The notes under the pieces are model-generated. The model did not search any database. It worked only from the letters and a program-made list of their open reading frames with translations, and was not told the DNA's origin. The position numbers were made by a program, and so were the translations under genes. Shown here piece after piece: positions 8,516-18,752 of a stretch of DNA of 64,000 nt (within the stretch, counting starts at the first letter, position 1; every line of letters starts with the position of its first letter). Origin of the DNA: an uncultured delta proteobacterium (lineage in GTDB: Bacteria > Desulfobacterota > Desulfobulbia > Desulfobulbales > Desulfocapsaceae); assembly GCA_903901335.1 (NCBI GenBank), contig CAIUQR010000065.1, positions 4,667 to 68,666 on the forward strand, written 5' to 3'.

Positions 8516-11500
8516 TCAAATCGGCAGTATGTGTGTCTCTTCCTGGATCTGGTGAACCCCCAGGAGGAGAAGACCGTTGCGCCCATCAATGGACACCCGG
8601 TCACCAAAATGGATCCTCTTGTCGCCGATCTCACAATACTGGCCCGTCTCGTAGACCTTCAAATGCTTGCAGCCAACCACGCAGGTCTTCTCCAATCGGA
8701 CTGCAACTACGGAGGCGTGGGAGGTCTGCCCACCCCGCGAGGTGATCAGGCCATCCGCCATGTCAATCACTTTGATATCCTCCGGCACCGTATCCTGGCG
8801 GAAAAGAATGAGCGGTGTACCAGGGTCGGATTTTCGTAGCTCTCTGATATTGCTCTCTGAAAATACCGCACGGCCTGCCAGGGCGGAACCGGAGACACCG
8901 ACACCTTTCCCTAGAATGTCCAGCGACAGGCTATCGGTCTCGACAAAGACATTCAGGTGCTCCTTTTTTTTGATGGTTATCATATCACGGGTCTGCAACA
9001 GATAGAGCTCATCCGGGGTTGGGCCTTCGAAGGTGAATTCCATCTCCTGCGGATTCCAGTTCTTTTCGTAAACCAGATCCCTCGAAATGGAGAGCAGCCT
9101 TTCATAGATAGCCGGAAACCTGCGCTCCAGAGTTTCGTTCACGTCCCTCCCATCCAGTTCCGCCTGCTCGACTGAGACTGCAAAACTGGTAACCAGCCCG
9201 GAAACGATATCTTCCCCCTGATCCCCATAGGCATAATCCCCCCAGAGGGCAACACGGGAGACCTTCCGGTAGGGATGGGCGGTGAAGAGGACCCCTGCTC
9301 CCGCCTCATCGGAACGGTTGCCGAAGACCATGGCCTGGACGATCACTGCGGTCCCCCAGGAGTCCGAGACATCCATGATCTTTCGATAATCCGAGGCCTT
9401 GAAGGTGTCCCAGGAATCCAGAACCATCTCGATGGCATTGACCAGCTGCAGCCAGGGATCATCGGGAATGCCATACCCGCGTTTCCGGATCAGTTTCTGA
9501 TAGGAAAGGGCCAGCTCCCTCATCTGTTCATGAGAAAATTCTCTTTTTAGATCAACATGATACTTGGCCTTAGCCTCATCCATCAAGCCCTGAAAATCCT
9601 CACGCTGCATCCCCGAAATCATCGCCCAGGACTGCAGAAAACGACGATAGTTATCCCAGGAAAGATAGGCATTGCCATGATCCCTTACATACTCTTCGAT
9701 CAGTTCCTCATTCATGCCGACGTTGTGGATCGTGGCCATCATCCCCGGCATCGAGATTGCCCCACCGCTGCGGACCGAAAGAAGAAGCGGCCGATCCGGA
9801 GAGCCATAGATTTTGCCGGTTATTTTTTCAATCTCGGAGAGAGAGGCGCGGATACGCTGCATGAACTCGTCCCGTGCCTTGGAAAAACCAAAGACCGCCT
9901 CCCGGCAGCGAAAGACCTCCGTCGTGATGATAAAGGCAGGAGGAACCGGTTTCTTTTCAGCGGCAAGGGTTATCAGATTATACCCTTTGTTTCCCAGATG
10001 AATCAGATCGTTTGTATAGGGATTGATTCGGTGCAGGGAGGAAATCGTTTTCTCAGGATTATAGGTCATAAGCAGGTCGAGGCCTTGCTTGTCCAGGATA
10101 TCCTTCTGATTCTCCAAAGTCTGAATTATCCTGACGATAAAGTTATCCAGATGCTGCAGACCGAAGGTGGAGGAGATCAGATCCCGGAAAAATGATTCAG
10201 ACAGGCGATAAATGGTATTGGTCATCTCATCACCATCCCATTGAGACCGGTATTTAGTCACCAGATCGCTCGGGCTGATCTGGGGGATAATAATGGACAG
10301 ATTGTTCTGATGGATGTTTGTATAGAAGGCATAGATGATATCTTTTACGCCCTCCGACAACCCACGGAAAATATCCATATACTGGGTATAGGAGAAGCGT
10401 CTGACCTTAAGAGAGTTGGTCAGCAATGACATATAGATATCAAGACGTCGTGAGGTTATTCCATCAATCCTTAAGGCCTGCAGGAAAAGCTTCAGGCATT
10501 TGACGATCCGAAAGAAGGTCGCCTGCGTGATAAAAGAGAGGTTGACGGTCTCGGGAAGCTTTTCCAGATAGATATTAGCCAGGTTTTCCAGACGAAATGT
10601 CAGGCCCAGACTGTCGAATTTCCGTTCCCGGTAGCGGCCGTAGACGGAAGGAATATCGACTGCAATATGCCGTTTATAATAGATATCCTCCCGTGCCTGG
10701 AAATGCTCGGGGGAGAGGATTATCTCTTTCAGACTTTCAAGACTCTTCAAGAGGGCCTCAAGACAACCGACCGTACCGCAGACCTCAAGCTCCGTAAGCA
10801 AACCCTCCATCTCCGGAAACCCTTCCTGGGCGGCCTGGAGCAGCTCCGTCTGCAGCTCCTGAAAGCCCAGATTGTATTTCCGGTGCAGGAGCTTGAACAT
10901 CTGCACCAGAAGCTCAAACCGACGGAGCTCCAGGGGATCGAGGTCAGCCTGGGAGGCCAGAAATTTTTTCAGATCGTCGTTTTCCCAATCAAGAATATCC
11001 TGCAAGCTGTGAAAATGAAGCTGCTCGATTATCCGCCCGGCAAGACGATTCTGATCATCGATAAACAGACCCTCTACCGCCACCTGATTGTACACCTCTT
11101 CCGGCAGATACGGCTGGAGCAGATGTTTCTTCCTTGTCTTCCAAAAAAGAAAGATGGCCTTGATAAAATCGACGATCAGGTTGGAGCTCTCGACGTGACT
11201 CTGTTTTCGTAAAAAATGGATCAGGACATCCTTGCGTTTATAGATCTCGTCAAGCTCGGTCGAGACGTCGCGCAATTCACCCTCTGCGCCGATTTCATTA
11301 AAGAAGACCGGCATAAGCTTGGTAAACTGTTTGGCAAGGTTATAGATCGGCTTGATAGGGTGATTCAACAATTCGGAGATATCCCTCTGGAAGAGATCCG
11401 TATCCTTGACACAGGTACCGGTGAGTTTCAGATTGATGATGAGGGCCGAAAAAAGCGTCGAGCACCATTTGGGCTCCTGCTCGATCAAGGTCAGCCAGAC

Positions 11501-12799
11501 CCGGATATTATTCAAATGGGCGGGATTGGTCAGCGGCTGCCAATCCTCATCCACACCTGCGACCTTGGCATATTGGAAGCCGAAACGGACCACGCCCCAC
11601 AGAAAGGCCTCCACCATGCGGCTATTGCCGCGGTTGAACACCTCTCCCCCAAGGACCTGGATGCATTGGAGAGAGGTATGGGGATATTTATTGACATTTG
11701 CTTTCAGCAGCTGAAAGGTCGTCAACAGAAATTCTTCAATCTCCTCAAAGCTCTGCTGCCTGATCAGCTGCACCAGACTGCGATTGATCTCTCTTAAGGT
11801 CTCTTCATGGATGAGGTACAGACCCTTCGTATCCATGATCTTGAAGAGGAAGAGCAGCTTCTGATTTTCGACAAAATGGTCCCCTGGACGATTTTGCCCC
11901 TGCCCTTCTTCTTCCGGCGTGGAGTCGATCTTCGCTAATCTCTCAGGTATTTCCTTATAAAATCGAACGATATCGATATGGGCCGGCAGATCGAGAATGC
12001 GGCTCAGTCCACCTCCCGGATCAGACTCGATATCAATTGCGACCAGGGTATCCCGGTGTTTCTGCATGGACTCGTGGGAGATCGAAGAAAAGAGCTGCTC
12101 CGAATGAAAATCGTTACGCAGAATGCCACACCGCTCCAGAAACCAGGGCATCGGATCGTCTTCCAGCAGCCAGTACTCATAATTTTTCAGAAGGATAGCA
12201 CGCATGAGCTGCGCAATCGGCCGATAATCAAAAGATGTCGGTTGCCGGGCACTGAAGGCAAGCAGATGGCCGGCAACTTTTTTCATCGGGTGCTGCCCCT
12301 GCACAATATGCATCAGGGCCGGTCCGTCGCCTTTTTCAAACTCCCGCATCATCGTAAAAATATGATTCAATGGTTTTTCAAACCTTTCGAGATCGCCAGC
12401 CTCCAGCAGACTGATCGTTTTCTCGATCCAGGCAATCTTCGCTTCAATGATCAGGGAGAGAAGGGTTTCATTTTTTTCCGAATCGTTGATCGCCTCGAAA
12501 AACAAGCGCGCAAACAGCTCAACGGCCGTAGGTCCTTCCTGATGACGAACAAAATGCCCAGTGTTTTTCAGCACAAAACTCCTGAAAACCGGCAAAATGA
12601 GACTCCAGTTCCGGAATGGATGGCAGATTTCATAGAGCAGACTCTCAAGACTTGAATACAACCCCTTAAATTTCTTCATCATATCCAAGAGAAGAAGCAG
12701 CTCCGGATCGATAACCACATTCTCGGCAGTCTCCAGGAGATTTGCCCTCAAGGCATCCGACTCGATTACCGCCGGCGAGGTGTGTATTTTCATTTCCAT
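8516..12799 (-). CDS. Large PEP-utilising-family protein: about 900-aa unknown helical N-domain, PPDK-type ATP-grasp and phosphohistidine swivel domain, with no PEP/pyruvate TIM barrel
   Basis: 1427-aa ORF. The C-terminal third carries VFGN..D.AGAGVLFTAHP...GDQGEDIVSG and LYLLQTRD (PPDK nucleotide domain) and LITSRGGQTSHASVVA (swivel His). The protein ends about 60 aa after that. Confidence 0.85.
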   Translation of the reverse strand: MEMKIHTSPAVIESDALRANLLETAENVVIDPELLLLLDMMKKFKGLYSSLESLLYEICHPFRNWSLILPVFRSFVLKNTGHFVRHQEGPTAVELFARLFFEAINDSEKNETLLSLIIEAKIAWIEKTISLLEAGDLERFEKPLNHIFTMMREFEKGDGPALMHIVQGQHPMKKVAGHLLAFSARQPTSFDYRPIAQLMRAILLKNYEYWLLEDDPMPWFLERCGILRNDFHSEQLFSSISHESMQKHRDTLVAIDIESDPGGGLSRILDLPAHIDIVRFYKEIPERLAKIDSTPEEEGQGQNRPGDHFVENQKLLFLFKIMDTKGLYLIHEETLREINRSLVQLIRQQSFEEIEEFLLTTFQLLKANVNKYPHTSLQCIQVLGGEVFNRGNSRMVEAFLWGVVRFGFQYAKVAGVDEDWQPLTNPAHLNNIRVWLTLIEQEPKWCSTLFSALIINLKLTGTCVKDTDLFQRDISELLNHPIKPIYNLAKQFTKLMPVFFNEIGAEGELRDVSTELDEIYKRKDVLIHFLRKQSHVESSNLIVDFIKAIFLFWKTRKKHLLQPYLPEEVYNQVAVEGLFIDDQNRLAGRIIEQLHFHSLQDILDWENDDLKKFLASQADLDPLELRRFELLVQMFKLLHRKYNLGFQELQTELLQAAQEGFPEMEGLLTELEVCGTVGCLEALLKSLESLKEIILSPEHFQAREDIYYKRHIAVDIPSVYGRYRERKFDSLGLTFRLENLANIYLEKLPETVNLSFITQATFFRIVKCLKLFLQALRIDGITSRRLDIYMSLLTNSLKVRRFSYTQYMDIFRGLSEGVKDIIYAFYTNIHQNNLSIIIPQISPSDLVTKYRSQWDGDEMTNTIYRLSESFFRDLISSTFGLQHLDNFIVRIIQTLENQKDILDKQGLDLLMTYNPEKTISSLHRINPYTNDLIHLGNKGYNLITLAAEKKPVPPAFIITTEVFRCREAVFGFSKARDEFMQRIRASLSEIEKITGKIYGSPDRPLLLSVRSGGAISMPGMMATIHNVGMNEELIEEYVRDHGNAYLSWDNYRRFLQSWAMISGMQREDFQGLMDEAKAKYHVDLKREFSHEQMRELALSYQKLIRKRGYGIPDDPWLQLVNAIEMVLDSWDTFKASDYRKIMDVSDSWGTAVIVQAMVFGNRSDEAGAGVLFTAHPYRKVSRVALWGDYAYGDQGEDIVSGLVTSFAVSVEQAELDGRDVNETLERRFPAIYERLLSISRDLVYEKNWNPQEMEFTFEGPTPDELYLLQTRDMITIKKKEHLNVFVETDSLSLDILGKGVGVSGSALAGRAVFSESNIRELRKSDPGTPLILFRQDTVPEDIKVIDMADGLITSRGGQTSHASVVAVRLEKTCVVGCKHLKVYETGQYCEIGDKRIHFGDRVSIDGRNGLLLLGVHQIQEETHILPI

Positions 12800-12864
12800 T
12801 CCAATTGCTTGTAGTTTACGGACAGGGAGGGAAAATTCGTGTCAAAAAAGACAGGGAAAGAGTG

Positions 12865-12895
12865 CAGATAAAAGCCCCGAAGTCGTCTCCGGGGC
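12865..12895 (-). terminator. Intrinsic terminator after gap
   Basis: The minus strand reads GCCCCGGAG-ACGA-CUUCGGGGC followed by UUUUAUCUG, 17 nt after the gap stop. Confidence 0.5.
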
Positions 12896-12911
12896 CTTCC
12901 ATCATGCGGAA

Positions 12912-13916
12912 TCAGAGAGGCCTGTTCGCATCCATATACAAGATGAGGTCAAGCATGCGATTTGAATATCCCCATTCGTTGTCATACCAGCTCATGACCT
13001 TGACTGATGTACCGATCACCTTGGTAGACTGGGCGTCAATGATCGAAGAGTGACTGTCACCCTGGAAATCAATGGAGACCAGCGGCAGATCGGTATAGCC
13101 CAGATAGCGGTTTGCCGCCTCCTTCAGGGCCTGGTTCACCTCTTCGACGCTGGTCTCTCTCTCCACCTCCATAACGGCATCGACCAGGGAGACATTCGGG
13201 GTCGGCACCCGGACGGCCAGCCCGTCAAACTTGCCCTTCAGTTCAGGGATAACCAGCGAGACGGCGGCGGCCGCCCCGGTCTTGGTCGGAATCATCGACA
13301 GACAGGCCGCCCGCGCCCGGCGGAGATCGGAATGCGGAAAGTCGAGAAGACGCTGATCCCCGGTATAGGAATGGATGGTTGTCATCAAGCCGCGTTTAAT
13401 GCCGAAATTATCCAGAATTACCTTCGCGAACGGGGCCAGGCAATTGGTCGTACACGAGGCATTGGAAACAATGTGATGTTGCGTCGCCTCATATTCGTCT
13501 TCATTGACTCCCATCACAAAGGTCTTCACATCGCCCTTGGCCGGGGCCGAGATTACCACTTTATGCGCCCCCGCATCGATATGGCCATGAGCGGTCTGGC
13601 CGTCATGAAAAAGACCGGTACATTCGGCCACATACTCGACCCCATGATTTCCCCAGGGAATATCGGCAGGATTCCGATGGCTGGTGACGGTAATATGACG
13701 CCCGTCGACCCAAACACCATGCTCATCACTTTTAACTTCTCCCCCGAATCGTCCCATCACGGAATCATACTTCAAAAGATGGGCCAAGGTGGCGTTATCC
13801 GTCAGATCGTTGATCGCGACGATCTCGACATCCTTGAAAAGTGGATCCAGGCTTGCAGCCCGAAAAATATTTCTGCCGATTCGTCCGAAACCGTTGATAC
13901 CGATTTTAATTGTCAT
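12912..13916 (-). CDS. gap: Glyceraldehyde-3-phosphate dehydrogenase
   Basis: 334-aa ORF with INGFGRIGR and active site ASCTTNCLAP. Confidence 0.95.
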   Translation of the reverse strand: MTIKIGINGFGRIGRNIFRAASLDPLFKDVEIVAINDLTDNATLAHLLKYDSVMGRFGGEVKSDEHGVWVDGRHITVTSHRNPADIPWGNHGVEYVAECTGLFHDGQTAHGHIDAGAHKVVISAPAKGDVKTFVMGVNEDEYEATQHHIVSNASCTTNCLAPFAKVILDNFGIKRGLMTTIHSYTGDQRLLDFPHSDLRRARAACLSMIPTKTGAAAAVSLVIPELKGKFDGLAVRVPTPNVSLVDAVMEVERETSVEEVNQALKEAANRYLGYTDLPLVSIDFQGDSHSSIIDAQSTKVIGTSVKVMSWYDNEWGYSNRMLDLILYMDANRPL

Positions 13917-13975
13917 GCCCAGCCTCCATTATGTTTTCTCGTTGGGGAAAAACAAGATATGTATCACAAGATCTG

Positions 13976-15583
13976 TCACATCCGCTGCTGTCTTGCCTTC
14001 TTATAGAGTTGCAGATACCGTTTCATCACCTTGTCCCAGGTATGATTTTCCTGAATCTGCCTCACCGCATCTTTCTGCATCCTGCGCACGCACCCAGGAC
14101 TTCTATAGCATTCGACAGCCCTCCGTATTGCCTCAACAAGGTCATCTCTGCTATCCTCCATGTAGGTAAACCCGGTCTTCCCATCCAGAACCTTGACCAG
14201 GCCGCCGACATAATGGACAATGGGGAGATTACCGAAGAGCTGTGCTATATAGTCCGTCAAGCCGCAGGGTTCATAACGGGACGGAATGAGAAAAAAATCA
14301 CCGGCAGCGTAGACCTGGTTGGCCATGGCCGGACTGAATCCGCGCAGAAAGCAGACCCTTCCTTTGTTCCCCCGCTGTTCAGTCAGACCAACTATCTGAT
14401 CTTCTTCCCAGACCCCGCCGCTCCCCAGTAACAGTATCCGGAAGTCTTTGTTTTGATGGAGCATATATCGGATGGAGCTGATCAGTACATCGACTCCCTT
14501 CTGATCGTTTAAACGACCGATAAAGGTAAAAAGCGGTTTGTCCGTATCCGGCTGCAGTTGCCCGAACTGCCATACTCCTGAAAGTATCTCATTTCCGGAA
14601 AGCTTTTGCAACATTGCCAGCTTACAATTTTTCTTCCCCTCCAGTTCGTCGTCGTGAAGGGGGTCAAAACCGGCGGAGATCCCGCTCTGCTCAGCCCGGC
14701 CGGGATCAAAATCAGCCGGATCGATGCCGTTGGTCACCCCTTCCAGCACTATCCCCATTTCGGACAGGCGGTGCCCAAGCCAGCCGGTCAGATGATCATC
14801 CCGTGTTTCCTGCAATTCCCGAGCGTAGTTTTCACTCACCGTATTCAGGACTGCATGACGACCGGCAGCGATGAACGGATCGAAATTATCCCCAAGTCGG
14901 TTTGCAAGAACACTCTTCAGGGAAAGCCCGGTTATCGCCTGAGCAAAGGGCAGATCCGCCACCTCCTGATGATATCCGATCCCGGCATTATGAATCGTGA
15001 CGACGACCCCGGTTCCACGGAAATAATGCCGAAAGCCATCGATCTCCCGGATCATTGCCGCAAGAACGGCGGTATGACCATCATGACAATGGATGATATC
15101 GGGATGTTCGTTCAGGATCTGCATCAAGGCCAGGGCACCTTTTTGCAGCAGGATGTTCATCGCAAAATAATCAACATGCCCCGCCCCCTGTTTTTTCCAG
15201 GGTGTCCGCCCCTCTTCCGCCGAGGTATAGGTATAGACATCGGCCTTTTCCCGGAAACGTTCGGCCGCCAGGAGATAGACATGCACCCTACCTAACTTCC
15301 TGTACCAGACGCCGACCGTCTCCTGACGCTCGATATCGGGGTAATTCATGTTCACTGCATACTCAAGGTTCACTCCTGTTTGCGAGGGATCCTCAAGGGG
15401 CAGAAATCCATGATCGCGAGGCTGGATAAATCCGTAGAGCGGTAAAACCACACATACCTTCCGTCCACTCCAGCCAGCCAGGGTTCCCGCCAGCTGCTTG
15501 ACTACATCCTTGACACCGCCTGCTCCCGCCAGGCCGCTAAATTCACGCGTCAGCATCCAGATGTTCTTGATGGCTCCTTTCAT
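13976..15583 (-). CDS. glgA: Glycogen/starch synthase (GT5)
   Basis: 535-aa ORF with N-terminal E..GLAGAGGVKDVV and GT-B C-terminal motifs (IPSRYEPCGLT). The start overlaps the aroC stop by 4 nt. Confidence 0.9.
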   Translation of the reverse strand: MKGAIKNIWMLTREFSGLAGAGGVKDVVKQLAGTLAGWSGRKVCVVLPLYGFIQPRDHGFLPLEDPSQTGVNLEYAVNMNYPDIERQETVGVWYRKLGRVHVYLLAAERFREKADVYTYTSAEEGRTPWKKQGAGHVDYFAMNILLQKGALALMQILNEHPDIIHCHDGHTAVLAAMIREIDGFRHYFRGTGVVVTIHNAGIGYHQEVADLPFAQAITGLSLKSVLANRLGDNFDPFIAAGRHAVLNTVSENYARELQETRDDHLTGWLGHRLSEMGIVLEGVTNGIDPADFDPGRAEQSGISAGFDPLHDDELEGKKNCKLAMLQKLSGNEILSGVWQFGQLQPDTDKPLFTFIGRLNDQKGVDVLISSIRYMLHQNKDFRILLLGSGGVWEEDQIVGLTEQRGNKGRVCFLRGFSPAMANQVYAAGDFFLIPSRYEPCGLTDYIAQLFGNLPIVHYVGGLVKVLDGKTGFTYMEDSRDDLVEAIRRAVECYRSPGCVRRMQKDAVRQIQENHTWDKVMKRYLQLYKKARQQRM

Positions 15584-16668
15584 ATCCCGGCCCCGGTCCT
15601 CTCTTTGCTGGCCCTGTCACGAAGCAGATAATCAGCCAGGGTCAGACGCACCATGGCCTCACAGACGGGAATAATCCGGGGAATGGCCGAGATGTCATGC
15701 CGCCCACCCACCCGGATTGTAACCTCTTCGTTGGCCAGGTTGACCGTCTTCTGCTCCCTGGAGATGGACGGAATGGGTTTTACCGCCACCCTGATCACAA
15801 TGTCCTCGCCATTGGATATTCCTGCCAGGATGCCTCCGGCATTGTTCCCCAAAAACCCGGCCTGCCCAATGGCGTCATTGTTCCGGGAGCCGAGCATCTC
15901 CGCCGCCGCAAATCCTGCGCCGATCTCGATCCCTTTCACCGCGCCGATGGACATCAGGGCATGGGCAAGCCCCGCCTCAAGCTTGTCGAACACCGGCTCC
16001 CCGAGGCCTGCAGGACATGTAGCCCGGATCTCGACAATCCCTCCCAGCGTATCGCCTTGCGTCCGGACTTCCTGCACACGCGCCTCCATCCGTTTTGCAG
16101 CGACCGGATCAGGACAGAAGTAGCTGTTTTCGTGAATCTTTGCAAGATCGCAGGACTCAATGCGGATCCCGCCCAACGCCACGGTATAGGCACAGACCTC
16201 TATCCCGTGTTTTTTTAGAAGCTGTTTTGCGATGGCGCCAGCGGCGACACGTGCCGCTGTTTCCCTGGCCGAGGCACGTCCACCTCCCCGATGATCCCTG
16301 ATCCCGTATTTGGCAAGATAGGTCCTGTCGCCATGTCCCGGCCTGAAGATGTCCCTGAGCGTATCATAGGACTTTGAATGGGCGTCCTTATTATATATCG
16401 CGAGAGAAATCGGGGTCCCTGTGGTTTTCGGCATCTCTTCGCCGTGGGGGGTGAAGATACCGGAGAGGATCTCCACCTTATCAGGCTCTTTCCGGGGACT
16501 TGACGCCCCGCCCTGTCCGGGACGCCTTCGCGCCATTTCATGATCGATATCGGCCTGATCAATAATCAGCCCCGGCGGGCAACCGTCAATGACGGCCCCG
16601 ATTGCCGTTCCGTGTGACTCTCCCCAGGTGGTCACCCGGAAGGCCTCGCCAAATGTATTCCCTGCCAT
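15580..16668 (-). CDS. aroC: Chorismate synthase
   Basis: The track ORF starts at TTG 16674. The ATG at 16668 gives MAGNTFGEAFRVTTWGESHG, the canonical N-terminus. Confidence 0.93.
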   Translation of the reverse strand: MAGNTFGEAFRVTTWGESHGTAIGAVIDGCPPGLIIDQADIDHEMARRRPGQGGASSPRKEPDKVEILSGIFTPHGEEMPKTTGTPISLAIYNKDAHSKSYDTLRDIFRPGHGDRTYLAKYGIRDHRGGGRASARETAARVAAGAIAKQLLKKHGIEVCAYTVALGGIRIESCDLAKIHENSYFCPDPVAAKRMEARVQEVRTQGDTLGGIVEIRATCPAGLGEPVFDKLEAGLAHALMSIGAVKGIEIGAGFAAAEMLGSRNNDAIGQAGFLGNNAGGILAGISNGEDIVIRVAVKPIPSISREQKTVNLANEEVTIRVGGRHDISAIPRIIPVCEAMVRLTLADYLLRDRASKERTGAGI

Positions 16669-16681
16669 TCCCAACCCTGCC

Positions 16682-17212
16682 TTATTCTAGAATTTTTCCT
16701 GCTCTTTCGTAAATATAGTCAACAGCCTCAACGACCTTCAACCGCCCCGTATCAACGGTAAATTGAGCGAGTTCCCGGTAGAGGGGTTCCCGTTCTTTCA
16801 ATATCTGGGCCATCTCTTCAGCGACCCCTTTTCCTGTCAAGGACGGTCGATTGTCTTTAGTCGCATCATCTTTATAGATACGCTGCATCAAGATGGCAGT
16901 ATCGGCCGTAAGCCAGAAGATCATCGCGTTTTTTTTCAGCTCCTGCCATGCTTGGCGATGCACTACGGCGCCCCCACCTGTTGCAACCACACTTCCGGTC
17001 ACGCCTGCCAACTCTTGCAAAACCTCTTCTTCACAGCGGCGGAACCCCTCCCAGCCTTCCTTCTCGACGATCATTTTGACGGAAGCCCCTTTTCTCTGAC
17101 AGATTTGTTGATCCGTATCAACAAAGGTCCAACCGCATCTTTGCGCCAGCAGTTCTCCCACTGTCGTCTTGCCCGTCCCCCGAAAGCCGATGAGAATAAT
17201 CAGTCCGTTCAT
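16682..17212 (-). CDS. aroK: Shikimate kinase
   Basis: 176-aa ORF with P-loop GFRGTGKTTVG, immediately upstream of aroC. Confidence 0.9.
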   Translation of the reverse strand: MNGLIILIGFRGTGKTTVGELLAQRCGWTFVDTDQQICQRKGASVKMIVEKEGWEGFRRCEEEVLQELAGVTGSVVATGGGAVVHRQAWQELKKNAMIFWLTADTAILMQRIYKDDATKDNRPSLTGKGVAEEMAQILKEREPLYRELAQFTVDTGRLKVVEAVDYIYERAGKILE

Positions 17213-17407
17213 TTAATTTTTCCCTTTAAATGTTTACAGTATACGGTAAAATAGGGTTGTCAACAAAGGATCTTTGCCGATATTTTAAAATCCTTTTCCT
17301 TTTTTTTACCCTGATCAGCTATAATTTTTCACAACCGGCATCGGAATCATACAGCCATCTGATCATGCTTCTCTCCTCAATATTACGTGATGCGTCAAGG
17401 TGAATAA

Positions 17408-18352
17408 ATGAAGTTCAAGGACTATTATGAGATCCTCGGGTGTAAAAAAGATGCCGGCCAGGACGACATAAAAAGGGCCTATCGGCGGCTGGCGAGAAAA
17501 TTCCATCCTGATGTGAACAGGGATCCTAGTGCGGAGGAACGATTCAAGGAGATAGGTGAAGCCTACGAAGTTCTTCATGATCCGGAAAAGCGGAAAGCCT
17601 ATGACCGCTTCGGCAGCAACTGGAAGGCAGGCCAGGATTTCGAACCACCCCCCGGTTGGGATACGGGTTTTGACTTCGGCGGCAGCAGGCAGAGTTCTGC
17701 CGGAACGAGCGATTTCAGTGATTTTTTCGAGACACTCTTTGGCGGACACACGTTTCAAACGGATGCCGGACCTCATTTCGGCCAGCGCACTTTCACAGCC
17801 AAGGGCCAGGATATACGAGCAAAGATCGTCATCAATCTGGAGGACAGCGCTGCCGGAAGCAGTCGTACCATCACCTTGAACAGAACCGTTCCTGAACCGG
17901 GAGGGCGTATTGTTACCCGGCCCACCTCGCTCCAGGTCACTCTTCCCAAGGGTATCATTGAAGGGCAGCAGATCAGGCTTGAAGGCCAGGGCTCACCAGG
18001 TCATCAAGGCCCGAATGGCGACCTCTTTCTTGAGATCCTCTTTGCCCCCCATCCGCTCTTCACCGTCCGGAAACGGGATATCCTGCTCACTCTCCCGGTA
18101 TCTCCATGGGAAGCGGCCCTTGGCGCCACCATAAAAGTACCGACTCTGGGAGGCCTGGTCGACCTGAAAATCCCCCCGAATTCTCAAAATGGGAGGAGGT
18201 TACGTCTGAAAGGGCGCGGTCTTTCCTCGAAAAGCCAGAGCGGCGACCAGTATATCACCCTTACTGTCATGACTCCGCCGGCCAAGACCCAGGCACAGAG
18301 AGAATTCTATGAGCAGATGTCCAGAATATTCCCTTTTAACCCGAGAAAATAA
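17408..18352 (+). CDS. cbpA: Curved-DNA-binding DnaJ homolog (J domain plus DnaJ C-terminal domains, no zinc finger)
   Basis: 314-aa ORF with DYYEILG...AYRRLARKFHPDVN. No CxxCxGxG repeats. Confidence 0.85.
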   Translation: MKFKDYYEILGCKKDAGQDDIKRAYRRLARKFHPDVNRDPSAEERFKEIGEAYEVLHDPEKRKAYDRFGSNWKAGQDFEPPPGWDTGFDFGGSRQSSAGTSDFSDFFETLFGGHTFQTDAGPHFGQRTFTAKGQDIRAKIVINLEDSAAGSSRTITLNRTVPEPGGRIVTRPTSLQVTLPKGIIEGQQIRLEGQGSPGHQGPNGDLFLEILFAPHPLFTVRKRDILLTLPVSPWEAALGATIKVPTLGGLVDLKIPPNSQNGRRLRLKGRGLSSKSQSGDQYITLTVMTPPAKTQAQREFYEQMSRIFPFNPRK

Positions 18353-18367
18353 AGAGGAAAAAGTAGC

Positions 18368-18676
18368 ATGGACGAACACTTCTCCACTCTCATTATCGAC
18401 GAATCTACCTGGTGCTCACTGAGTGAGGCCTGCAGTCTCTGCAGGGTGGATGATGAACGTATCCAGGAAATGATCCGGGAGGGGGTTCTCTCGCCGTCCG
18501 GCTCTTCCGCTCAGGAATGGCGTTTTGGTGCCCAGGAGTTGAAGCGTATCCAGATTGCTGTCCGGCTGCAGCGCGATCTGGGGGTGAACCTGCCTGGGGC
18601 GGCCTTGGCCCTGGACCTTCTGGATGAGCTGGAGCGCCTGCGAAATCTTACAAAAAACCTGGACATTACCGGGTAG
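18368..18676 (+). CDS. cbpM: MerR-like chaperone modulator CbpM
   Basis: 102-aa ORF 15 nt after cbpA. The C-terminal LQRDLGVNLPGAALALDLLDELERLR pattern is typical of CbpM. Confidence 0.75.
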   Translation: MDEHFSTLIIDESTWCSLSEACSLCRVDDERIQEMIREGVLSPSGSSAQEWRFGAQELKRIQIAVRLQRDLGVNLPGAALALDLLDELERLRNLTKNLDITG

Positions 18677-18752
18677 TTCCTGTACAGAATGCACATTCAG
18701 CGGGCTTTGAACAAGACCTTTACAACTCCATCCACCTTTATTGAGGGGAAGA

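Noticed and set aside
7916-8839. Plus-strand ORFs 7916-8170, 8233-8745 and 8498-8839
   Set aside because: They overlap the small SAP/Cys-rich ORF or the 3' end of the 1427-aa gene in antisense. They have Ser/Arg/Pro/His-rich composition and no motifs.
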